The notes beneath the pieces are model-generated. The model made no database searches. It was not told the DNA's origin and worked only from the letters and a program-made list of their open reading frames with translations. A DNA stretch of 38,237 bases from Balamuthia mandrillaris (taxonomy: Eukaryota): assembly GCA_031835245.2 (NCBI GenBank), contig JAVKOQ020000035.1, positions 248,001 to 286,237 on the forward strand. The letters are read 5' to 3'. Within the stretch, counting starts at the first letter, position 1, and each line of letters opens with the position of its first letter. Below, one piece after another: positions 21,959-31,855 of the stretch. The translations under genes and the position numbers were made by a program.

Positions 21959-24900
21959 TACTCTTCTCTCTCTTCTCTCTCTTGTCGTTCTTTTTGGTCT
22001 TCTCCAAACGCTGATGCCTCTCTCTCTCTCTCTCTCTCTCTTGCTCGCTCTCCCTTGGCTGGTTGAACACGAATAGGAAGGGTTGGGCCCCTTCGAAGAA
22101 GTGAAAAGGACGGCAGCCTTCAGCAAGGTCATCTTTAGAGGGAAGAACTCGGACGCCCCGTCCCCAAGCATTGCCCAAGAAGAGCTCAATGAGGCATTGC
22201 GTGAAGGCCTGGAGAAGCGAAACGATGGTCGGTGTTAACAGCTTGTTCAATGCTTGTGTGCTTGTCTTTCTTTGGGGTGAGCTAACAGAAAAACCACTTA
22301 CAGACTCTTCAAGTGTTTTACTTCAACTCAAGTTGCGTCATGACTATGTGGGCAGCTCAAAATCCATTTGCGTTGTTGGAAGTTGTGAGACTCTGGGCTC
22401 CTGGTACCCCAGTCGAGCATTGCCTCTCTCTAGAGTAGGAGAGTCGCTTTGGCAGCTTACCATACTAGTTCCCGAGGATGACATACCTTTCGAGTATAAA
22501 TACATCCTTCGCGACAGTTCTTTCACAGAGGTACCCTGTTTTACTGAAGGAGACTCTTTATTGCTTTGCTTATAACGCTAACACCAAAATTTTTGAATGC
22601 GTAGGTGGCATGGGAGAGTGGTCCCAATAGAGTATTCAATGCATTTCCTGACCAACTAGAGGACATGCCTCTGTTTCTCTTTGATGATGGCTTGTTTAGG
22701 GTAGTTTTTCCCGCTTGTGTGACTGTTCATATGTATGTCCTCTCGACATGCTAACGAATATTTATAACTAACTCCAATTGAACTAGTCCGAGATAGGGCC
22801 ATGGAAAGGAGCTGGCGCTGCTGTACCCGTTTTTTCGCTGCGCAGTGAGAATGGTTTGGGAGTGGGTGAATTTCCCGATATCAAGCTGTTGATTGATTGG
22901 GCCAAGTTGGTGGGCCTTCAGCTCATCCAGCTTTTGCCTGTCAACGATACCACCGCCCATGGCATGTGGTGGGATTCTTATCCTTACAGGTATCTTGGTT
23001 CCCTCTTGTAGTGCTTTACTTCCGCTCCTCTTCTCCTGTACTTATCATTGGCGTCTTGATTCTGTTGCATAGTGCAATCTCCGTGTTTGCCTTGCATCCG
23101 ATTTACCTCAACCTTCAGCAGCTGGACCCGCCTGCGAACGTTCTAAAGAAGATCCAACGACATGTTAAAGCAATGAAAGGAGATGCACCACTTGACTACG
23201 AGGTTCCCTCCCTTTTTCTTTTTCTCCCCTTGTTTTGTTCTCCTTTTTGGCTTATGATACATATTTTTCCGCATTCACAGAGAGTTATGGCCATTAAAAA
23301 CAAATATCTTAAAAGGATATACAGCCATTACAAACAGGCGTGGCTGCATAGCTCCGAACTTAAAGCATTCGTAAAAGAGCACGAGTCATGGCTCCCAGCC
23401 TACGCTCTCTTCTCCTATCTGAAGGAACTCAACTCCACAGCTGACTTTCACAAGTGGCCAAAATACACCACCATCACAGAGGTATAGCAGTTAGTTGATT
23501 TCACCTTTGCAACATTGGCGGGAATTAACGTAGAGGTACAACTTTACAGGAAGTCATCGCTACTCTTACCAGTCCCACAAGTGATATCTATGAGGACAAT
23601 ATTGCTTACCACTACTTTGTGCAATACCATCTTTCCCGGCAGCTTTCCGATGCATCAAGATATGCAGCGGAGAAAGGGGTGGTAATAAAAGGAGACTTGC
23701 CTATTGGTGTGGATCCTCTCAGTGTGGATGCGTGGCTACATCCTCACCTGTTCAACCTTGATAAGCAGACTGGAGCACCACCTGACTATTTTGGTGTGTA
23801 ACCTTTGTTGTCATCCGAGTTACGAATCTTGCTAACCAAAAATCATTATCCTTAACCCTATGGTGTTTAGCCAAGTATGGTCAAAACTGGGGCTTTCCCA
23901 CTTACAACTGGGAAGAAATGGCGAAAGATAATTACAGTTGGTGGCGGCAGCGCCTGCAAGTGCTTTCCAAGTATTTCCATGCGTACGTATCTCAGAGCAT
24001 TAGCTATTTTATTTTTTCGTTTTTTCGTTGTTATTGACCATAACCATTCCAGCTACCGAATCGACCATGTTTTGGGCTTCTTCCGCATTTGGGAGATACC
24101 TGGTCATTGCATTAACGGCCTATTGGGCAGACTGAATCCCAGCATTCCCATTTGGAATTGGGAGTTGGAAGGAAAAGGCGTTTGGGATTTCCGCCGCCTT
24201 ACAGGTAAATTGCATCACTACTGCTGAAACATTATAATGAAGACGAAGAGCTGATCCTTTGTGTTTTGCATAGATCCCTACGTTACTGATGAATTGTTGC
24301 AAACGAGCTTTGGAAAGGAATGGCAGAATATAAAAGCTCGCTTCTTTAATGTGGGTGAAAGTACTCAACGGATTCAATTCAAACCAGAGTATCTAACTGA
24401 AAAAGCCCTTCAGGTAAATGTCCCCTCAGCCCCGTTTGGCTGGGTCTTTAATTATCTGCTTACTCTATTGTATAGGAAGCCTTTGATGAGGACCACAGTC
24501 TTCCTGAAAAGCAGAAAGCGGAAACTTTGAAGAAGTTGTGGGATCTGCTTGGCAATGTAATACTTTTGAGGTATAAAATGTTCTTCCTTTTTTTTTTCTT
24601 TTCCTTCTTCTCCTCCTTCTTCTTTGCCTTTGGTTTTTTCTTTGCTCAATGGATTACTCGCCTCTCACTTCGTTTGGCCCAAACGAATGAAGGGATGAAG
24701 AGGACCCAGAAAGAAAATTCTACCCCCGAGTGGATATGATGACCACATCCTCCTTCGCAGAGTTGCACAATGAAAGTATCCAGAATGCATTACGGGACCT
24801 TTACTGTGACTATTTCTATCGTCGTCAGGACAACGAGTGGAGAAAGGGTGCATTGAGTAAGTGATATTAAACTATTGCTTTTTAGGGCCTCTTACTGTTT

Positions 24901-25882
24901 TACCAGAGAACGCTAACCAAACACTGCTCAGAAAAACTTTCTGTTATGCGCTCCGCCTCAGACATGTTGATTTGTGCTGAAGACCTTGGAATGTTGGCTA
25001 ATTGTGTTCCAAGGGTACTAGAAGAACTTGCTATTCTTGCGTTGCGTGTGCAGCGCATGCCTAAAGACGTCGGGGTCGAGTTTGCTCGTTGTGAAAGCTA
25101 TGAATATCTGAGTGTTTGTACGCCATCCACTCATGATACCTCAACCCTTAGGTACTTTGTCGCTTCTCTCTCTCCTCTCTCTATCTCTCTATCTCTATCT
25201 CTCCTTCATTTGAGTTGCTCATTGAGGTTGCTACTCATAATAGGGGGTGGTGGGAGGAAGATCCAGAAGCCACCCAGCGATACTACAACGATATTCTTGG
25301 CGTGCAGGGCACTGCTCCTAAAGAATGTGAGCCCGCTATTATACACAAGATACTGGACCAACATCTAGCGTCTCCGAGCATGTGGGCCATTTTTGCCGTT
25401 CAAGTAAGCATCTTCTTTCTGGACGTTTGTTTGTGGCGCGCTCTAATACTGCGTTGTTAGGATTTGTTTGCTTTGAAGCAAGAATTGAGAAAGCACAGCC
25501 CACAAGAGGAGCGTATAAACGAGCCAGCAGTTCGTCATCACTATTGGAGGTACATTCTCTGTTCTCTGGCCGGTGTTAACCACAAGCGAGTCACTTATCC
25601 TGCTTCTAACGTTTGCTATTAATTGTGGATAGATATCGCATTCCATTCACATTAGAGGAATTGTGCTTCCAACAGGAGCCACATGAGGACGATGGAGTTA
25701 ACGAGCTCAGCGTGAATCAGCTCCAGCTTGAAGAAGGCGACGAGACAAAGAAGAAGAAAGAAAAGAAGAGAAACTTACTCGTAACCGCAATAACGTCTCC
25801 CTTAGCTTCCAATCCCTTTGCTGACCTAGCACAGCAGCTCAGCTCCCTTATTCAAAAGCATCATAGAGAACCTTGGTTGTGA
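21482..25882 (+). CDS. DPE2: 4-alpha-glucanotransferase DPE2 (two CBM20 domains + GH77), multi-exon
   Basis: CBM20 #1 (FRVNYKTEWGQEVALVGDLPSLGLW..YKFVV..WEGDPNR) and CBM20 #2 (CVVGSCETLGSW..FEYKYI..WESGPNR). GH77 motifs PWKGAGAAVPVFSLRS, QLLPVNDT, IKGDLPIGV, GAPPDYF..GQNWGFPTYNW, and the catalytic YRIDHVLGF, ICAEDLG, STHDT. Confidence 0.93.
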
Positions 25883-26118
25883 TCCTCGTTTGAATAAATA
25901 GACTTCTTAAGGTCTTTACAAATTAACCTTCTTTCTCAGCGCAAATGTTTGTGGTTTTTTTAGTTGTCTGCATCCCTTCCTAGCAGCAGCTGTGGACGTT
26001 GGTAGAAGTGAATGGATAGTAAATAGGCGGACAGCAGGTTAGTGTTTACATTTCTTATTTAGTGTTTATTCCAACAACTAGAGAAAAGTGAAGCTTTCCA
26101 AAAGTTGGTGGCGTGTGT

Positions 26119-26872
26119 TCAAGGGTTGCCCACAAGCCATGCCTCGCTCTCAATGCAGTGATTGATCCGTTGGCGCGTCAGTTGATCGGGAATTAGACGC
26201 TCGGACTCAACGCCTTCTTTCAGGACAAGCAATGTAGGAAAAGATGAACCAGCCACCTCCAGGCGTTGAGCAAGCTCAGGATAACTAGAGGCCTTCAACC
26301 GGCAAAAGAGTACCCTCCCGTCAGTTCGCGCACACTCCCTTCTTATCAGTTCAGCTGCAGCACGCGTCGCTTCATCCTCCCTGTTATTTTACCATTAGCC
26401 GGAGTTGGTAGTAAGAGCTCTCTGTCTCCTCTCTCGCTCTCTCTCGCTCTCTCTCTCTCTCAGATGCTCTCCTCTTGTACATCTCTCTCTCCCTCCCTCT
26501 CCCTCTCTCCCTCCCTCACTCCCCTGTCTGACTTTGAGACCAAGGTGCTTACTGGGTGAAACACAAAAGAGCAACAGGAAGGGACTCGTAAATGATGCGC
26601 TCGAAGAAGTCTTCTCTAGTCACCAACTCGTCTTTCTCTGAGGGAGGAGAGGGCAGCGGAGCGAAGTGAACTGTAGATTGGTTGCTGTTTTCGTGAGTGG
26701 CAGGTCGAGGGCCAGTGGAAGCACTGGCGTAGTTTCTGCTTGACCACGAGGGTAGAGTAGCAGCCAGGCCCAAACGAGGAGCGCGCAGAAAAGAAGTCGC
26801 TGCAATCCTAGGAGCAAGAGGTCTCTTAAGCGCCAGACCGGCAATGGCGTTGCCACGGGAGCCCAGCCTCAT
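26119..26872 (-). CDS. Thioredoxin-fold protein lacking CxxC, with a probable mitochondrial transit peptide (2 exons: 26872-26553, 26380-26119)
   Basis: R/S/A/L-rich, acid-free N-terminus ending SSRNYAS. The spliced product continues VTREDFFERIIYESLPVALLCFTQ|EDEATRAAAELIRRECARTDGRVLFCRLKASSYPELAQRLEVAGSSFPTLLVLKEGVESERL, following the Trx pattern (F..I...PV, PELAQR..V, PT..V.K.G). Confidence 0.7.
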
Positions 26873-27539
26873 TCTGCTTGCTTGCCTTTAGCTTGCTTGC
26901 CTTTAGCTTGCTTGCTTGCTAGCGTTGTCGTTCCTGCTACACAGCGACACAGCGTGAAATTCCCCTCCTCTGCTAGAAAGTGACCCCTCATCCTGAAACA
27001 AAAAAAAAAGGCGCACTGCGGCTCCAGCCAGCCCAGCCCAGCCCAGCCCGTTGTTACAATGCCGGAGGTTGGTTATTTTTTTCGCTGTCTCATTGATCGA
27101 CTTGATCTTGGCGCCCCGCTGGAAAAACAAAGTGTACTTTATTCATACAAACGCTTCAGCACAAAAAGAGGGGAGATAAATGCGCCGCCTTAGTCTTTAC
27201 CGCCACCACCACCACCACTCCACCATCACTATCCATTTGGGAGAGGGTGGTGGCGCATGGCCTGCCTTTTCCTCATTCAGAAGGTGGAGGAGGAGCAGGA
27301 GGAAGGAGGAGAGCTGACAACGATGACGATGATGGGTAGCTGGGCAGATGGGTAGATGTACGGGCCAGGTAAGGTGGAGAAATAGAGGGCATTCTCAAAC
27401 AGAGGGAGGCATGAGGTAGGTTTGCAGTTGGGACGGATGACTGAAGGAGGCCTCCACCTAGTTCGGCAGTTGGAGGGAGGAAGAGGAAGGGAGAAAGGGG
27501 GAGTAAAGAGTCGGGTGCTGGCTATATCATCATCTGTCT

Positions 27540-28325
27540 CTAGTTGTCCTTGACGATTTGTTTTTTGATCAAGCTTTTGGAGGCAAGGTCTGCTGCTGTC
27601 TGTCCTTCCTTGTTGTGTATGGAGGGGTCGGCACCAGCGGCCATGAGGGCCTTCACCGTACCGAGCTTGTTCTTCTTGGCGGCCTCGTGCAGGGGGGTGT
27701 TTCCTCGCTCGTTGAGGGCGTTGACCTGGGCGCCATACTTGAGCAGCAGGTTGAGAGCGTCGGTTTGGCCCCAAAAGGCGGCTGTGTGGAGAGGGGTTTG
27801 GCCGTCGGGGGCCTTGCCTTGCACAGCTGCGCCTTTGGTCAGGAGCAGCTGCATGCCCTCCAGCCAGCCGGTCTGGCTGGCAATGGCGAGTGGGGTGGAG
27901 CCTTGCTCGTTGGCCTCATCAAAGGGAACGCCTTGGTCTATGGCAAACTGAAGGAAGGCAGGATTGCCCAGGGTGGCCGCCTTGTGGCAAATACTCTCGT
28001 CGGCGTCTGTGAGGGCCTTGGGGTCCACCCCTTTCTCTTTGACGAGGTACTGGAGGACCTCCCAGTTGCCGTCCCTAACGGCCAGGTGGAGGGGCAGCCT
28101 CCCTGCCAATGACTTTATGTGAACGTCTGCACCTTTGGCCACGCACAGCTTGAAGCACTCCAACGTGCCGTCGTCGCTGGCAAGGTGGTGCAGCACCGTG
28201 TAACCCTCTATGGGGTCGGCGTAGTTGGGCGGCGCTCCGGCCTCCAACGCCTCCTCCACTCCAGCAAAGTCTCCGTTCTCAGCCGCCGCTAAGAGTTGCT
28301 CTCCCAGTTCCCTCTTGGTAGCCAT
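27540..28325 (-). CDS. Ankyrin-repeat protein (261 aa, intronless CDS)
   Basis: About 7 ANK repeats: GYTVLHHLA, GRLPLHLAV, SICHKAA, GSTPLAIAS, GQTPLHTAA, GNTPLHEAA, GQTAADLA. Confidence 0.92.
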   Translation of the reverse strand: MATKRELGEQLLAAAENGDFAGVEEALEAGAPPNYADPIEGYTVLHHLASDDGTLECFKLCVAKGADVHIKSLAGRLPLHLAVRDGNWEVLQYLVKEKGVDPKALTDADESICHKAATLGNPAFLQFAIDQGVPFDEANEQGSTPLAIASQTGWLEGMQLLLTKGAAVQGKAPDGQTPLHTAAFWGQTDALNLLLKYGAQVNALNERGNTPLHEAAKKNKLGTVKALMAAGADPSIHNKEGQTAADLASKSLIKKQIVKDN

Positions 28326-28924
28326 CTGTTTGCAACCTGCAAAATATATTGGGGCAGGGCGTTACGGTGAGTGGGTGTCAACGACGAGCTGCTGCTCGCC
28401 CAACAAACATCAAAAACAACAGGCTGCCGCACAAATAGCTTACCTTTGCTTGGCGTGTCTTTCTTCCTCTTCTTCTCCTCTTTACACACGGCGAATGAAA
28501 AAACTTATTCCCCCTCCTCCTCCGCTTTCTTCTCTCTTTTCTGGTGCCAAAAGGGATATATAGCAACGCGGATACGGCTATCCGCACACAGCAAATGCCC
28601 CCAGCGTTGGTCGGTCGGTCGGTTGCTAGGTTTGTTTGCCCCACCAGCAGACGGGCAAGAGAAGAGAGAAGAGAGAAGAGAGATGAAGAAGAGCCTTGGG
28701 GAAGAAGACAAGCTACATTACAACAGTTTCGTTTGGTTTATTATTCACAAGTGCTGCTAAAAGCAAGGAAGAGAGAAAGTAATGACACAATAGAATCGTA
28801 GTAGAGGAAAACAACAAAGGTTACAAAGAAGGGTCCAATCCATCCAACCGTGAGCACGGGAGAGCAAGCTTCCCAACAAATCCACACACACTATCGGCAA
28901 ATAAAAACAGAAGGGGTTCTGCAT

Positions 28925-29893
28925 TTAAAAGGCCACGGGCAGAGCACTTCGTCCAGTGGCGGTAGGGAAAGGTGGGTTGCTGTGCTTCTCGCGGAGGGAA
29001 AGGCTTCCCAAGTTGTGGTTAGCCAGAGCCAGCTCTTTCCCTAACATCTCTACGCTAAGGAGGTGGCCAGGCTGCTGCTGCACGTTATCATCACAGGAGG
29101 CAGCATAGAAGAGCTCCCAGGACTTGTTACCGGCAACGGCTTGCAAGAGGGAGGCAATGCACATGACCATGGCTTGGTCTTGGCAAGAGGAAGCCAGGTC
29201 GAGGGGGGTCTCGCCGTCCTCGTTGGGTAACGCAAGGGAGGCTCCAAGGGCCACCAAGAGGCGAACGCAATCCGGGTGCTCCTCACGCACGGCCCAGTGA
29301 AGCGCGGTGTCACCTTCGTGATCTCGGGCGTTGAGGGGGGCGCCGTGTTTGGCCAAGACCTCCACGATCTCCTCGTCACCAACAGCGGCGGCGGCATGGA
29401 GGGCGGTGGCCCCGTCCATGGTAGTCACAAAGACGTTGGCTCCATTTTCCAGCAGAAACTCTACCTTCTCCACCATTCCAAGTTGGGAGGCTCTGTACAA
29501 AGCAGTCTCACCGGCGTAGTTTTGGATATTTACATCTGCGCCGTGGTCCACAAACGCCTCCATAAGCTCCTCCGAACCGTTAGAAGCCACCGCCCACATC
29601 AAAGGGGTGTTGCCTTCCGCGTCCCTAGAGTTTTTGTCCATCCCGTTCTCCAAAAGAAAATTCACTATGTCCACGTTGTTAAGGGAGGCGGCAAAGTGGA
29701 GGGGCCCATAGCCTGCCAGCATCTCATTCTTGCCTCGTCTTACTTCCTCTACCAGCCCTTGTAGCACCTTGAGGTTTCCCTCCCAAGCGGCCCTACACAT
29801 GCCTCCCTGTCCCCTCGTTTCATCCTCTTCCGTATGTAGATGCTGACTGGGTGAGGAAGAAGGGGGATAACTAAACAGAACAGTGGATTGCAT
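28925..29893 (-). CDS. Ankyrin-repeat protein (322 aa, intronless CDS)
   Basis: GYGPLHFAA, GNTPLMWAV, GETALYRAS, GATALHAAA, GDTALHWAV, GETPLDLA, followed by a non-ANK tail. Confidence 0.92.
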   Translation of the reverse strand: MQSTVLFSYPPSSSPSQHLHTEEDETRGQGGMCRAAWEGNLKVLQGLVEEVRRGKNEMLAGYGPLHFAASLNNVDIVNFLLENGMDKNSRDAEGNTPLMWAVASNGSEELMEAFVDHGADVNIQNYAGETALYRASQLGMVEKVEFLLENGANVFVTTMDGATALHAAAAVGDEEIVEVLAKHGAPLNARDHEGDTALHWAVREEHPDCVRLLVALGASLALPNEDGETPLDLASSCQDQAMVMCIASLLQAVAGNKSWELFYAASCDDNVQQQPGHLLSVEMLGKELALANHNLGSLSLREKHSNPPFPTATGRSALPVAF

Positions 29894-30376
29894 GTTGATG
29901 TGGTAGTAGGATGGGGGGGAAGAATATCAAATTACAAGGGGCAGCAACAATCCAAAACGTTTGAAAAACGAAAACGAAAAGGTGGGGTGTGTTGGGTGCT
30001 GCTGGTTGTATAGAAAGTGCAAAATATAAAGAATCTTGCTTGCTCTTTGTTGCTGTTGCTGTTCAAGTGTTATGCGAAAGAGGAAAAACAAAGAAAAAAG
30101 AAATAAAAAGTGGAAAAAGCCAGAAAATAGACAGAGCTGGGCCTAGGAATTAATACAGAAAGGTACCAGGAAAATAACTAGTACCGTGCCGCAACGCAAA
30201 AGGCGGGAACGGTTTCCTCTGAGAAAAACCAGCGAACAGGGGCCGGTAGGATTTCGTGCGGAGTTACGGAAAATTTTCTCCAATAGGAACAATGTTCCAC
30301 AAAAGGAAATGGTGTACAACAACCCTTTATTGTCGACGGACGAAATTTTTCTCGCTTTCTTTAGATCTTATGATCT

Positions 30377-30777
30377 TCAATAAAACTGGGTCATCAACGC
30401 AGGGAACCAGTACTGCGTTTCGGAGGCCTGCTCATCAACCCATGCCATGCCTTCCTGCAGCATTAGGTTCTGTTTTCTTGTTGTTTAGTTCATGGCCACC
30501 CTGCAGGTGTTCAGGGAATAAAAGTAAGCAGTCTGCTAGCTTACCAATACAGCGTCTATCCGGTGTTGAACCCAACCGAGTTCGTTGCGAAGTTGACCCT
30601 GGGTCACATAAAAGGTGTCTTGGGCTAGACTAAGAACAGCACTGTGGTCACTACTGAGCTCGCATGGGACGGATTGTACAATCAACTTGCATCCCACAGG
30701 AAGAATTTTAAAGCCGTTGCCTAATGTATTCAGCTTTTTGATGGCACGCTCGATATCATCCCTGTTGCCAGAACAAC

Positions 30778-30861
<84 letters not shown>

Positions 30862-31643
30862 AAAAGAAGGAAGAAGGGAGATATTTGAGGACTCAAATTT
30901 ACAAATGAAAGGATTACCACGTACCGTGTTATGGTTTGTTGGTGAAGTCCTACTCTCATTTTTTCGAGGTGTTTCTGCAGCTCCGAAAGTTCAATCAGAC
31001 CGCCGTTGGTTGGTCGGGTTCGCAAGCACACATCCACTATTTGCACTGCCAACTCATAGTAAAAATTCCCAACCCCCAACAACTCCGCCCAGAATCCTTT
31101 GTTTGCTTCCGTACGAGAAGGAAGAGGAGAGGGAAGAGGTGCGCAACGGAGAACGCATAACATTGACGGGAGAAAAGAGGGAGAAAGGTAGATTAACACA
31201 AGGAGTGTGGAATAGGAGAAAGCGCTTACAAGCTAATGGGTCAACGCCAATGGAAGCACACATGCTTTGGAACTGCTGGCGGAACTCGGGGTTTTTGTTT
31301 ATCTCTTTCTTGTATTTAGCAGCAAACTTGGCCAAGTTCTCTCGGAACAAGCCAAGTTGTTGTTGCATCTACTTAGACTCTAGTACATAAGCACCCAAAA
31401 CAAACAAACTAATGCGAACATGATGCAAAAGGCAATGGAGACCCATACCCATTTTACTCTCTCTTCTTCCAGTTGGGAGCCCGCCAGGCTAAACGTTTCC
31501 TGTTGGCCGCTTCCGTGTTAAACACGCCTGAGAGGAGAGAGGAGAGAGGAGAGAGGGAGGGCGCAAGGAGGAGGAGAGACCTTGTGTTGGTGCAACCGTT
31601 GCAAGCCGGAAATGCCAACGCCCCTTCTTCTTCGCTGGGCCAT
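30377..31643 (-). CDS. SNF8: ESCRT-II subunit SNF8/VPS22/EAP30, 6 exons
   Basis: [14 protein letters not shown].., [116 protein letters not shown] at 30377. Confidence 0.95.
30784..30858. repeat. (GA)n microsatellite in an SNF8 intron
   Basis: Visible uninterrupted dinucleotide array; many shorter (CT)n/(GA)n tracts occur in other introns. Confidence 0.95.
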
Positions 31644-31855
31644 CCCCGCTTTCCCCCCCCTTTGCTAAGTCTTCACTATTAGGTTGGGGCATTCATGCAC
31701 AAATGGTTACACCACCCCTCAGATGATTTTCGGAGTTTCGGCGTGTTCTGTCCAATCACCCCCTCCCTTTTTAGTCTAAATAGAGAGTCTGGTCGTTTGG
31801 CCAACAGCGCTGAAAGGAAGCAAAGAAAGAGGGAGAGAAGAGGCACCGCCCAAGG

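Noticed and set aside
26876..26919. Short tandem repeat (GCTTGCTTGCCTTTA)x2-3
   Set aside because: Simple 5'UTR minisatellite with no spacers; not CRISPR-like.
27201..27255. 10-bp inverted repeat CGCCACCACC / GGTGGTGGCG
   Set aside because: Built from a low-complexity CCA repeat; chance pairing is likely.
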